Notes: generated by a model from the sequence alone, not told the origin. A stretch of DNA of 59,395 bases from an uncultured Lachnospiraceae bacterium (GCA_946616305.1 CAMOIV010000001.1:1-59395), one strand, 5' to 3'. Counted from the stretch's first letter, positions 36,632 to 46,603 are shown. Program-made: numbers and translations.

Positions 36632-36755
36632 ACTGTGCTGATATACTGTAAAAACAGGTACCAATATATGCCTTGTGCACTTCAGCATATATTGCCGGTG
36701 CAGCAAGGCATAGAGAAGCATAATACATATCAGGTTTGATAGACGAAGAGGTACT

Positions 36756-37052
36756 ATGGCAGGCAGGAAGGAAAAGGATCTTAAACATCTAACGGCAGTT
36801 GCTCTCGCTTATGAGGTTGGCGAGACGGCTCCCAAGGTGGTGGCAAGCGGAAAGGGACTTGTCGCCCAGAAGATCATAGATACTGCAAAGGAAAATGATG
36901 TCCCTCTGCATGCCGACAGTAAGCTGGCAGAGACATTGTCAAATCTCGAGATAGGTGAGGAGATCCCACCCGAGCTCTATGAGGTTGTGGCTGAAGTGCT
37001 CGTATTCGTTAATGATATGGAGAGGATCAGATCCAAGCTGGAGGGACGCTGA
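36756..37052 (+). CDS. Stand-alone FlhB/EscU C-terminal-like protein (YlqH/FlhX type)
   Basis: AVALAY...APKVVASGKG...AQKII...EIPPELYEVVAEVL. Confidence 0.9.
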   Translation: MAGRKEKDLKHLTAVALAYEVGETAPKVVASGKGLVAQKIIDTAKENDVPLHADSKLAETLSNLEIGEEIPPELYEVVAEVLVFVNDMERIRSKLEGR

Positions 37053-37055
37053 CGA

Positions 37056-37412
37056 TTGAACAGGAGAAAACGCGGCAGTGAGATGGAGAAGGCGGCAGCG
37101 GACCATATCATATCGCAGGGAGGACAGATCATCACCACTAATTACAGATGCAGGATGGGTGAGATCGATATCATAGCCCGTGACGGTGATACCATCTGTT
37201 TTATCGAGGTGAAATACAGGAAGGATATACAAAAGGGTTATCCTGTGGAAGCCGTGGATATCAGGAAACAGTTTACCATCTGCCGGGTCTCGGATCATTT
37301 CAGGATGGTAAAGGCCTTAAGTGACGAAAGACCTTACAGATATGACGTCATAAGTATCACGGGTGAGTGCATCCGATGGATCAAAAATGCGTTTTCGTAC
37401 ATTTCCCTGTGA
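37056..37412 (+). CDS. yraN: YraN family (UPF0102) predicted endonuclease
   Basis: NYRCRMGEIDIIA...FIEVKYR, EAVD, RYDVI. Confidence 0.92.
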   Translation: MNRRKRGSEMEKAAADHIISQGGQIITTNYRCRMGEIDIIARDGDTICFIEVKYRKDIQKGYPVEAVDIRKQFTICRVSDHFRMVKALSDERPYRYDVISITGECIRWIKNAFSYISL

Positions 37413-37419
37413 GCAAAGG

Positions 37420-37449
37420 TTGCCTATCCGACCCGTGGAATGATAGAAT
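37420..37449 (+). promoter_or_regulatory. Promoter for prs
   Basis: TTGCCT, 18-nt spacer, extended TGaTAGAAT. Confidence 0.5.
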
Positions 37450-37514
37450 CTCATGTGGAGTTGTTCGGGAATAGAAGGTTTCGTAGTTGGCTCCAATGGA
37501 GTATGGAGGATAAG

Positions 37515-38711
37515 ATGCCGGATATCATAAACGAAAAGAATGACCAGTTTACCACAAAGCTTGCAGTAGCACCTCTCAAGCTGGTTGTCATGCCGAATAT
37601 AACCGATCTTGGGAATGAGGTTAATGATTATCTCGTCTCCTTCAGGAAGGAGAGATTTCCTGACGGAGCAAAGGATCCCGAGCATCAGGGATATGTGGAA
37701 GACTCCTTCATCACATCCATATCGCTTCCCAGACTTGGATCCGGAGAGGGCAAGGCTGTGCTTTCCGAGAGTATCAGGGGCAAGGATATATATATCATGA
37801 CCGATGTCATCAACTACAGCATGACGTATGAGATGAACGGTTTCACAAACAGGTATTCACCGGACGATCATTATCAGGATCTTAAAAGAGTCATAGCGGC
37901 CATAGCAGGCAAGGCCCACAGGATCTCAGTCATCATGCCCTTCATGTACGAATCAAGGCAGCATAAGAGATCGGGAAGAGAATCCCTGGATTGCGCCATG
38001 ATGATCGAGGAATTATCCAAGATGGGTGTATCGGATCTGATGACCTTTGATGCACATGACCCTTCGGTACAGGCTGCTGCACCCTTATGCGGATTTGATA
38101 ACTTCTCACCCTTTTATCAGTTCCTGCGCGCACTGCTGCAGAGTGAGGATGATCTCATGATCGATCCCGAGCATGTGGTGGTCATATCCCCGGATGAGGG
38201 AGCTCTCAACAGGGCCATATATTTCGCCTCCGTTTTAGGCGTAGATACTGGGATGTTCTATAAGAGAAGGGATTATGCCCATATAGTGGACGGCAAGAAT
38301 CCCATAGTAGCCCATGAATTCCTCGGAGACTCCGTGGAGGGCAAGGATGTGATCATAGTCGATGACATGATATCCTCCGGCGGATCCATGCTTGATACAG
38401 CAAGACAGCTTAAGGATATGAACGCCAACCGTGTGTTCATATGCACCACCTTCGGACTTTTCACAGACGGACTTGAGCATTTTGATGAAGCTTACGAGAA
38501 CGGTGTATTTGACCTTATCATCACCACGAACCTTCATTACAGGAGACCTGAGCTGCTGAAGAGACAGTGGTACAGAGAAGCTGACATGAGTAAGCTCATA
38601 GCTCAGATCATAGATTTCTCCAATCATGATATTTCCATGGATAAGGTAGGTACACCTACCGAAAAGATCAGACAGATACTCTCCAGCTACAATGAGCGCA
38701 TCGATATCTGA
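37515..38711 (+). CDS. prs: Ribose-phosphate pyrophosphokinase (long clostridial type)
   Basis: ESIRGKD, MYESRQH, TFDAH, SPDEGA, IVDDMISSGGS (PRPP-binding). Start set at ATG 37515 after GGAGG. Confidence 0.92.
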   Translation: MPDIINEKNDQFTTKLAVAPLKLVVMPNITDLGNEVNDYLVSFRKERFPDGAKDPEHQGYVEDSFITSISLPRLGSGEGKAVLSESIRGKDIYIMTDVINYSMTYEMNGFTNRYSPDDHYQDLKRVIAAIAGKAHRISVIMPFMYESRQHKRSGRESLDCAMMIEELSKMGVSDLMTFDAHDPSVQAAAPLCGFDNFSPFYQFLRALLQSEDDLMIDPEHVVVISPDEGALNRAIYFASVLGVDTGMFYKRRDYAHIVDGKNPIVAHEFLGDSVEGKDVIIVDDMISSGGSMLDTARQLKDMNANRVFICTTFGLFTDGLEHFDEAYENGVFDLIITTNLHYRRPELLKRQWYREADMSKLIAQIIDFSNHDISMDKVGTPTEKIRQILSSYNERIDI

Positions 38712-38734
38712 TACTTATCCCTTTGGATGTGTAA

Positions 38735-40057
38735 ATGTCTAAAATATCCCACGGACAGATGATCATATCAGTCACCCCGAATTCGGCTGCCATGGCAGCC
38801 GGTATTTGTGCCGGGGATGAACTTGTCCTGCTTAACGGACAGCATATAAAGGATATCTTTGATTATCAGTACGAGTGTCTTGATACAGAGATAGAGGTCA
38901 AGGTACGGCATCCCGACGGCAGCCTTGAGGATTATCTTCTCATCAAGGGAGAGGACGAGGATCCCGGACTGGTATTTGAGGACGGGATAATGGATGAGTA
39001 TATAAGCTGCCGCAACAGGTGCATCTTCTGCTTCATAGATCAGATGCCAAAGGGCATGAGAAAGACTCTGTATTTCAAGGATGATGACAGCAGGCTGTCA
39101 TTTCTGCAGGGTAATTACGTAACTCTTACCAACATGTCCGATGATGATATAGAAAGGATCATAAAGTACAATCTGGACCCTATCAATATATCCTTTCAGA
39201 CCACCAATCCGGAGCTCAGAGTCAGGATGATGGGCAACCGCTTTGCGGGAGAGGCTTTAAAAAAGGCCGACAGGCTCTACGACGCAGGGATCTCCATGAA
39301 CGGGCAGATAGTATTGTGCAAGGGGATCAATGACAAAGATGAGCTTGACCGCTCCATCTCAGATCTTACAAGGTACATACCCGTACTGAAAAGCCTTTCC
39401 GTGGTCCCGGTGGGACTTTCCAAATACAGAGAAGGCCTCTATCCCCTGGAGCCTTTTACAAAGGAAGATGCCGGAGAAGTCATAGCACAGATACACGGCT
39501 GGCAGAAACGGATCATGAAGGAGCACGGAATACATTTTGTCCATGCTTCCGATGAATGGTATATAAATGCCGGTGTGAAGATGCCCACTGCCGACACATA
39601 CGACGGCTATCTTCAGCTGGAAAACGGAGTGGGCATGGTAAGACTCCTTACGGATGAAGTCAGGGAGGCTTTAAGAGAGGCGGATACTCCCGGCAGGAAG
39701 GGCAGGATCTCAATGGTCACGGGAGAGCTTATATACCCGGTGATCAGCTCGCTCATAAAAGAGATCGGAAGACATTATCCGGATATGGAGGTCCTGCTGT
39801 ATCCCATAAAGAATGATTTCTTCGGGGAGAGCATCACCGTTACCGGGCTCCTTACCGGAGGAGATATCATAGATCAGCTGAAGGGAAAAGATCTGGGAGA
39901 GTGTCTCTATCTGCCGCAGAACATGCTGAGGATGAATACCGAGGTATTCCTTGATGATGTTACGGTTTCAGAGCTCTCCGAGGCTTTACACGTTCCGACA
40001 GGTATTGTAAAATCAGACGGTGCATCGCTTGTGGATATTATTGCAGGCCGCGGATGA
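38735..40057 (+). CDS. DUF512 radical SAM protein with N-terminal PDZ-like domain
   Basis: SAAMAAGICAGDEL (PDZ-like), CRNRCIFC, KDDDSRLSFLQGNY, QLENGVG, NDFFG...VTGLLTG. Confidence 0.88.
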   Translation: MSKISHGQMIISVTPNSAAMAAGICAGDELVLLNGQHIKDIFDYQYECLDTEIEVKVRHPDGSLEDYLLIKGEDEDPGLVFEDGIMDEYISCRNRCIFCFIDQMPKGMRKTLYFKDDDSRLSFLQGNYVTLTNMSDDDIERIIKYNLDPINISFQTTNPELRVRMMGNRFAGEALKKADRLYDAGISMNGQIVLCKGINDKDELDRSISDLTRYIPVLKSLSVVPVGLSKYREGLYPLEPFTKEDAGEVIAQIHGWQKRIMKEHGIHFVHASDEWYINAGVKMPTADTYDGYLQLENGVGMVRLLTDEVREALREADTPGRKGRISMVTGELIYPVISSLIKEIGRHYPDMEVLLYPIKNDFFGESITVTGLLTGGDIIDQLKGKDLGECLYLPQNMLRMNTEVFLDDVTVSELSEALHVPTGIVKSDGASLVDIIAGRG

Positions 40058-40080
40058 AGCATGAAAGGTACAGACCATAG

Positions 40081-41403
40081 ATGAAACCCATAGTTGCCAT
40101 TGTAGGCAGACCCAACGTAGGAAAATCCTCCCTGTTCAATTTCCTGGCGGGGGAGAGGATAGCCATAGTAAAGGACGAGCCGGGTATAACAAGAGACAGG
40201 ATATATGCCGATGTTGACTGGAACGGCAGGAAGTTCACCCTGATAGATACAGGGGGTATAGAACCGGAATCTGACGACGTCATATTGTCCAAGATGAGAG
40301 AGCAGGCCCAGATAGCCATAGATACCGCCCATGTGATCATATTCATGACGGATGTGAAGATGGGGCTTTCGGATACCGATGACAAGGTGGCAAACCTCCT
40401 TCGAAGATCAAAAAAGCCTGTGATCCTCACTGTAAATAAGGTTGATTCCTTTAAGAAATACGAGGCGGATGTATACGAATTCTATAATCTGGGGCTTGGT
40501 GATCCCATGGCTATATCGGCTGAGCAGAGGATAGGCATAGGAGATCTTCTGGACAAGGTGGTTTCTTATTTCCCGGATGGTGATGCCATGGGGGAAGAGG
40601 ATGAAAGACCAAGGATCGCCATAGTCGGGAGACCGAATGTGGGTAAATCCTCTCTTATCAACAGATACCTTGGAAAGGACAGACTCATAGTCTCGGATGT
40701 TGCGGGTACTACCAGAGATGCTATAGATACCGTGGTCAAGAGGAACGGTAAGGAATATGTCTTTGTAGATACCGCAGGCCTTCGGAGAAAGAGCAGGATA
40801 AAGGAAGAGCTTGAGGCATATATGATCGCAAGGACGGTATCGGCGGTTGACCGGTCCGATATAGTTGTGCTGGTCATAGACGGATCCGAGGGAGTGTGCG
40901 AACAGGATGCCAAGATCGCCGGTATAGCCCACGAGAGAGGCAAGGGTGTCATCATTGCCGTAAACAAATGGGATATAGTGGAGAAGGATGACAAGACCAT
41001 ATATGCCATGAGCAGGGATATAATGCGTACCCTGTCCTTTATTCCCTATGCGGAGATACTCTTTGTCTCGGCAAAGACCGGACAGAGGATGGAGAAGCTG
41101 TTTGATTCCATAGATACGGTGATAGCAAATCAGTCACTCAGGATACAGACCGGGGTCCTCAACGAGATAGTCTCCGAGGCAGTGACGATGCAGCAGCCCC
41201 CTTCGGATAAGGGCAGGAGACTTCGGGTGCTGTATGCCACTCAGGTATCGGTAAAGCCTCCTACCATAGTTATCTTTGTCAACAGTGCAAAGCTGATGCA
41301 TTATTCATATACGAGATATCTGGAGAACAGGATCCGGGATGCCTTCGGATTTCAGGGGACGCCCATAAGATTTGTGATTAAGGAAAGGAGATCTGAGGAA
41401 TGA
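40081..41403 (+). CDS. der: Ribosome biogenesis GTPase Der (EngA)
   Basis: Two GRPNVGKS P-loops, DTGG/DTAG, NKVD/NKWD, C-terminal KH-like domain. Confidence 0.98.
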   Translation: MKPIVAIVGRPNVGKSSLFNFLAGERIAIVKDEPGITRDRIYADVDWNGRKFTLIDTGGIEPESDDVILSKMREQAQIAIDTAHVIIFMTDVKMGLSDTDDKVANLLRRSKKPVILTVNKVDSFKKYEADVYEFYNLGLGDPMAISAEQRIGIGDLLDKVVSYFPDGDAMGEEDERPRIAIVGRPNVGKSSLINRYLGKDRLIVSDVAGTTRDAIDTVVKRNGKEYVFVDTAGLRRKSRIKEELEAYMIARTVSAVDRSDIVVLVIDGSEGVCEQDAKIAGIAHERGKGVIIAVNKWDIVEKDDKTIYAMSRDIMRTLSFIPYAEILFVSAKTGQRMEKLFDSIDTVIANQSLRIQTGVLNEIVSEAVTMQQPPSDKGRRLRVLYATQVSVKPPTIVIFVNSAKLMHYSYTRYLENRIRDAFGFQGTPIRFVIKERRSEE

Positions 41404-42071
41404 TAATGCGCATCGTGTGTGTCATCATAGGATACATATGCGGACTCTTTCAGACAAGCTATATATACGGAAGAATGCATGGTATAGACATAAGGGAACA
41501 CGGATCGGGAAATGCAGGGACCACCAATATGTTAAGGACCCTGGGACGTAAGGCGGGACTTATAACTTTGCTGGGAGATGCTCTGAAGACCATTATCGCG
41601 GTCCTTATATGTCTGGCGATCTTTTACAGAAGGGATGTTAACCCGGAGGAGCTGCAGATCATCAAGCTGTATGCCTCTGCGGGAGCTATCCTTGGCCACG
41701 ATTTCCCTTTTTATCTGAATTTCAAGGGAGGAAAGGGCATAGCCTGCACGGCAGGCATGATCATCGCTCTCGACCCCTACATGACCCTGATAGATACCAT
41801 CATTTTCTTCACGGTTTTCTTCATCACCCACTATGTGTCACTGAGCTCCATCAGCATATATGTGGCATTTTTCATAGAGACGGTGATAATGAGCGCGCTG
41901 TGCCTGGGACACTTTGGGAATATAACCTTTCCCCTTGGCATTGAGTGCGATATCTTAGCTTTTCTGCTCTGTGCTCTTGCGATCTTCGGTCACAGGGAGA
42001 ATATCAAAAGACTCTTGAGCCATACCGAAAGAAAGACATACCTTACTCACAAAAAAGGAGAGGATAAATAA
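41400..42071 (+). CDS. plsY: Glycerol-3-phosphate acyltransferase PlsY
   Basis: DIREHGSGNAGTTN, GHDFP...FKGGKG, YVSLSS, HRENIKRL. Confidence 0.95.
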   Translation: MIMRIVCVIIGYICGLFQTSYIYGRMHGIDIREHGSGNAGTTNMLRTLGRKAGLITLLGDALKTIIAVLICLAIFYRRDVNPEELQIIKLYASAGAILGHDFPFYLNFKGGKGIACTAGMIIALDPYMTLIDTIIFFTVFFITHYVSLSSISIYVAFFIETVIMSALCLGHFGNITFPLGIECDILAFLLCALAIFGHRENIKRLLSHTERKTYLTHKKGEDK

Positions 42072-43060
42072 TGGATATAGGTGTTGTAGGAGCAGGAAGC
42101 TGGGGGACGGCCCTTGCAAGGCTTCTTGCCTTAAAGGGACATAAGGTTACCATGTATTCAGCCATAGCATCCGAGATAGACATGCTGAAGGAGTTCCATG
42201 AGCAGAAGGAGAAGCTTCCGGGGGTGATCCTGCCGGATGATATGGTATTTACCACGGATCTGGCCATGGCTGTATCCGGAAAGGAGATGATCGTGCTGGC
42301 AGTGCCGTCTCCCTTTACCAGGAGCAGTGCAAAGAGCATGAGGGATCATGTGGATAAGGGAGGGCTTATCGTTTCCGTTGCCAAGGGGATAGAGGATGAG
42401 ACCTTCCATACCCTCTCCGAGATAATAAAGGAGGAGATACCTCAAAGCGAGGTGGTTGTACTGTGCGGTCCTACCCATGCCGAGGAGGTGGGGAAGGATA
42501 TGCCTACGGCCATAGTTGCGGGATCGAAGAATGAAGCTCTGGCACGTAAGGTACAGGATGCTTTCATGTGTGACACCTTCAGGGTGTATACATCGGATGA
42601 CCCTTACGGTATGGAGCTGGGAGGAGCTTTGAAGAATGTCATAGCTCTGGCGGCAGGCATAGCGGACGGTCTTGGATTCGGAGACAATACAAAAGCAGCC
42701 CTCATAACAAGAGGGATACATGAGGTGGCAAGGCTCGGGGTCGCCTGCGGAGGCAGGAGAGAGACCTTTGAGGGTCTTACCGGGATAGGCGATCTTATCG
42801 TGACCTGTGCTTCAATGCATTCAAGGAACAGGAGAGCAGGCATACTGATAGGACAGGGTAAAAGCGCCGATGAAGCCATGAATGAAGTAAAGCAGGTGGT
42901 GGAGGGTGTTTATTCCGCCAGGGCAGCAGCGCATCTTGCCAGAAAGCATGACATCGACATGCCCATAATCGAGCAGGTAAACAGCATACTCTTTGAGGGC
43001 AAGGATCCTTCGGATGCACTGAGCGAGCTTATGAGAAGGGATAAAAAGAGCGAAAACTGA
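42071..43060 (+). CDS. gpsA: NAD(P)H-dependent glycerol-3-phosphate dehydrogenase
   Basis: GAGSWGTAL, KGIE, GPTHAEEV, ALKNVIA, GDLIVTC, SRNRRAG. Confidence 0.97.
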   Translation: MDIGVVGAGSWGTALARLLALKGHKVTMYSAIASEIDMLKEFHEQKEKLPGVILPDDMVFTTDLAMAVSGKEMIVLAVPSPFTRSSAKSMRDHVDKGGLIVSVAKGIEDETFHTLSEIIKEEIPQSEVVVLCGPTHAEEVGKDMPTAIVAGSKNEALARKVQDAFMCDTFRVYTSDDPYGMELGGALKNVIALAAGIADGLGFGDNTKAALITRGIHEVARLGVACGGRRETFEGLTGIGDLIVTCASMHSRNRRAGILIGQGKSADEAMNEVKQVVEGVYSARAAAHLARKHDIDMPIIEQVNSILFEGKDPSDALSELMRRDKKSEN

Positions 43061-43068
43061 TCCGGCTG

Positions 43069-43938
43069 TCAGTTTCTTATGCTTGCAAAGATCTCTCTGG
43101 CAAGCTCGGGTTTGTTCATAACATACAGATGGATGCCGTCAACGCCGTGGGACAGAAGGTCCTCGGCCTGCCTTATGGCATATTCCACTCCTGCACGTTT
43201 CATATCCTCATTATCGTCACCATGAGCTGCGATGATATCGGAAAGAGCCTTGGGTACCGAGGTTCCCGAAAGAGTCACTGTGGTGCCCAGCATTTTGGCG
43301 CTTGTTACGGGCATGATGCCTGCAGATACGGGAACGTCTATGGAGTGCTTTTTCATGTTATCCAGCATCCTGTAGAATACGTCATTGTCAAAGAAAAGCT
43401 GTGATATGAGGAAGGAGCAGCCTGCAGATACCTTTTTGGCCAGATTTATCATATCCTCCTCATAGGATACAGCTTCGAAATGCTTGTCGGGATAGCAGGC
43501 TCCGGCTATGGTAAAAGAAGGGTGCTTCTCCTTTATGAAGGAAGCCATGTCCGAAGCGTGGTAGAAATCCCTGCTGTTATATTCCTCATCAGTCATGTAT
43601 GAGGGACGGTCACCTCTTAAGGCAAGGACGTTCTCTATGGAGTTTTCCTCAAAGGTCTTAAGGCCCTTCTCAAGCTTTTCTCTGGAGAATCCTACGCTTG
43701 TTATATGTGACAGCACATCTATGCCTATCTTATTGCGTATATAAGAGGCTACCTCCACTGCATGTCCTGCGTTGCTTCCGCCTGCTCCGTAGGTGACCGA
43801 AAGGAAGTCGGGAGCTATATCCGAGAATTCACTGATCTTGGAAAGCGTGGGTGCTATATCCTGATCCTTTTTGGGAGGGAATACCTCACAGGAAAAAACC
43901 GTACGACCGGATCCGTATTTGTCCTTGATACTGCTCAT
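43069..43938 (-). CDS. metF: 5,10-methylenetetrahydrofolate reductase
   Basis: SCEVFPPK, SVTYGAGG, LALRGD, ACYPDKH, SQLFFD, AGIMP, GIHLYVMNK; GGAGGA SD. Confidence 0.94.
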   Translation of the reverse strand: MSSIKDKYGSGRTVFSCEVFPPKKDQDIAPTLSKISEFSDIAPDFLSVTYGAGGSNAGHAVEVASYIRNKIGIDVLSHITSVGFSREKLEKGLKTFEENSIENVLALRGDRPSYMTDEEYNSRDFYHASDMASFIKEKHPSFTIAGACYPDKHFEAVSYEEDMINLAKKVSAGCSFLISQLFFDNDVFYRMLDNMKKHSIDVPVSAGIMPVTSAKMLGTTVTLSGTSVPKALSDIIAAHGDDNEDMKRAGVEYAIRQAEDLLSHGVDGIHLYVMNKPELAREIFASIRN

Positions 43939-43974
43939 TTAAAGTCCTCCATAACTTGAAAATAAACTGTGAGT

Positions 43975-44004
43975 ATCGTAACATAATGGGTGGATATCAT
44001 GCAA
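43975..44004 (-). promoter_or_regulatory. Promoter for metF
   Basis: Minus strand: TTGCAT, 18-nt spacer, extended TGtTACGAT. Confidence 0.5.
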
Positions 44005-44076
44005 TAATACGGAGGCTTTTCAGGGACCTTGATATGACAAGGACATGATATTCAGAATATAAGGGGAAGGTTGACA

Positions 44077-44466
44077 ATGAAAAGAATACTTATAGCAGAT
44101 GATATGCCCACGGTACATGAGGAAGCAGCTGAGATAGCAGGGAACAGGTATGAGATATTAAGCTCCGATACCGGAGAGGATGCCCTCAAAAAGGCGGTTG
44201 AGAGTAAACCCGACGTCATCCTTCTTGATATGTACCTTGATGATGCGGATTCCGCGGATATCCTGCAGAAGCTCAAGAACAATCCTCAAACAGCGGACAT
44301 ACCGGTGATAATAACCGCATCGGATGCTTCCGTTATGACTATCAGCAGATATTACAATCTGGGGGCCTGTGACTTTCTCAAGAAGCCTTTTGTCGAGAAT
44401 ATCCTGTACAGAAAGGTTGATGTGGCATGCGCGTTGAAGGATGCGGGGCTTCTGGATCTGATCTGA
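44077..44466 (+). CDS. Single-domain response regulator (REC only)
   Basis: ILIADD, PDVILLDM, GACDFLKKPF; no output domain. Start set at ATG 44077. Confidence 0.9.
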   Translation: MKRILIADDMPTVHEEAAEIAGNRYEILSSDTGEDALKKAVESKPDVILLDMYLDDADSADILQKLKNNPQTADIPVIITASDASVMTISRYYNLGACDFLKKPFVENILYRKVDVACALKDAGLLDLI

Positions 44467-44479
44467 ATCGGAGTGGGAT

Positions 44480-46603
44480 GTGAAAAAGACATTTGGAAAA
44501 TGGTTTGGTCTGGACGTTCCCCTGGAGGAGGTATACTTTAATATCGCCGTAGCCTATCTGAGCATCATCTTTATCCTGATGATAATGTCCGGGATATATT
44601 TCGGCTTTGAAAGGAATTTCTATTATGTGATAGGCCTGGCAGGATTTGTTACGGCTTTCTGCATAGGTTACGTTACCCAGAGTCATAATTATCAAAGAGG
44701 GACCTTTGCCATAGCGATGATCTTAGAGGTCTTTTATTTTCCTGTCTCCTACATCATGGAGGGAAGGCTTCTTTCATTTGTCATCATATACTATTTCATT
44801 TCCGTGCTTATCGTCATCTTCGTGCTGAGGGGCAGGCTCAGGAACATGGCCTTTGCCATTTACTGTTTTTCCTGGGCAGGATCCGTTCTCTGCGTATATG
44901 AGGCACAGTATAAAGCAAGCGGATTCAATCTGTCCGACGTTGATTACGCCGTTGATATCATCATCCCGTTTTTTATCGTAGGCCTTTTTCTGTGTTCGGA
45001 GATCTATGCCCAGATCAAGCATTACGAGCATGAAAGCAGGATGGCTGAGGACAGCAGGGAAGAGGCGGATTATCTCGAGAAGCAGAAGGAAGTCTTTCTG
45101 ATGAACATGTCTCACGAGATAAGAACTCCCATGAATGCCATAATGTCAGCTGCGGAGCTGATGGAAGCACAGGTTACGGACAGCGAGACCGAACAGAACA
45201 TACAGTATATCATGAATGCCTGCAAGGCTCTGGTAGCCATAGTGGACGACCTGCTTGTCATATCCAAACAGGATGACAGGCGTATAGTGCTGGCGGAGAA
45301 CTCTTATGATGTAAAGGAATTTCTTACAGAGATAATCAATATGATAGCCGTCAGGCTTATGGGAACCGGAGTGGAGTTCTATGTTTATATAGATCCGCTG
45401 CTGCCCAGGGGGCTTTACGGCGATGCCATGAGGGTCAGACAGGTCTTTATCAACATCCTTAATAACGCAGTGAAATACACGAGGACAGGACATATCTTCC
45501 TGAAGGTGGGGATGAAGGATATCACCGCCGACATGATCACTCTTCATGTGGAGGTTGAGGATACGGGCATAGGAATAAAAGAGGATAAGCTGTCGGGCCT
45601 CTTTGAGGATTATCTGAGAGTTGCCGATGATATCAATCAAAGCCTGAGGGCTGAGGGTACGGGACTGGGGCTTCCCATATCCAAAGCCATAATCGATGCC
45701 TGTGATGGGAATATCAGCGTTGATTCCGTATATAACAAGGGATCGGTGTTTTCTTTCGACATACCACAGAAGGTATCGGATATGGAGTCCATAGCTGATG
45801 TGGGGAACAGAGACGGCATAAAGATCATGATATACGATGAAGATGCCATGTTTACGGATATCCTCTGTATGACACTGAGGGACCTGAAGCTTTTCTATGA
45901 AACGGCCCATAACAGGAGAGAATTCAAGGAAATGGTCTTTACCGGATCCTTTACACATATCTTTATCTCACTGACCCTGTTTCCCGATCTGCAGAACATC
46001 GATCTGCCCGAGGGCATCAGGGTATTTATCATGAGGAAATACGGTGATGAGGACTACAGCGCCATTTCCGATTTTCCCAAGCTTACCAAGCCGTTAAGTG
46101 CCATCAGTCTGGACCGGGCTCTTACGGACTTCGAGCCTCGCGATACGCAGGAGAAGGGAAGACATGCAGAAAGCGACATCGATGAAGAAGACCATACCGT
46201 CATCAATGCGAGGGCTCTGGTTGTCGACGACAATCCTACGAATCTGATCGTGGCTGAACGTCTTCTTCGCAGGGAGGGATTTGATGTTGTCACGGCTGAC
46301 AGCGGCAATATGGCTCTGGATCTGGTCAGCGCCATGAGATTCGACATACTTTTCATAGACTACATGATGACTGGGATGGATGGAGTGGACACATTAAGGG
46401 CCATCAGAAGGCTTCCCTTTGACTGGGCTGTATCGGTGCCCTGCATAGTCCTGACAGCAGATGCCCATGACGGAGCAAAACAGATGCTGATAAATGCCGG
46501 GTTTGACGATTATCTTCCGAAACCCATAAACATCAGTGAACTTGAATACATGATCAAACAATACATAACACCTACGGGGCATGGAGATACCGGGGATGAT
46601 TAG
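44480..46603 (+). CDS. Membrane hybrid histidine kinase 1 (multi-TM, HisKA, HATPase, pseudo-REC, REC)
   Basis: MSHEIRTPMN, NILNNAVKYT, EDTGIGI, GTGLGL, VVDDN...FIDYMM...LTAD...KP. Confidence 0.93.
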   Translation: MKKTFGKWFGLDVPLEEVYFNIAVAYLSIIFILMIMSGIYFGFERNFYYVIGLAGFVTAFCIGYVTQSHNYQRGTFAIAMILEVFYFPVSYIMEGRLLSFVIIYYFISVLIVIFVLRGRLRNMAFAIYCFSWAGSVLCVYEAQYKASGFNLSDVDYAVDIIIPFFIVGLFLCSEIYAQIKHYEHESRMAEDSREEADYLEKQKEVFLMNMSHEIRTPMNAIMSAAELMEAQVTDSETEQNIQYIMNACKALVAIVDDLLVISKQDDRRIVLAENSYDVKEFLTEIINMIAVRLMGTGVEFYVYIDPLLPRGLYGDAMRVRQVFINILNNAVKYTRTGHIFLKVGMKDITADMITLHVEVEDTGIGIKEDKLSGLFEDYLRVADDINQSLRAEGTGLGLPISKAIIDACDGNISVDSVYNKGSVFSFDIPQKVSDMESIADVGNRDGIKIMIYDEDAMFTDILCMTLRDLKLFYETAHNRREFKEMVFTGSFTHIFISLTLFPDLQNIDLPEGIRVFIMRKYGDEDYSAISDFPKLTKPLSAISLDRALTDFEPRDTQEKGRHAESDIDEEDHTVINARALVVDDNPTNLIVAERLLRREGFDVVTADSGNMALDLVSAMRFDILFIDYMMTGMDGVDTLRAIRRLPFDWAVSVPCIVLTADAHDGAKQMLINAGFDDYLPKPINISELEYMIKQYITPTGHGDTGDD

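Noticed and set aside
4853-37514. Long N-terminal extensions in the ORF track (starts at 4853, 11076, 14650, 32023, 37440)
   Set aside because: They are longest-ORF artefacts; downstream ATGs have SDs or promoters and match the family N-termini.
43976-44003. Minus-strand TTATGTTAC resembles a XerD arm
   Set aside because: No credible XerC arm; better explained as the metF extended -10 region.
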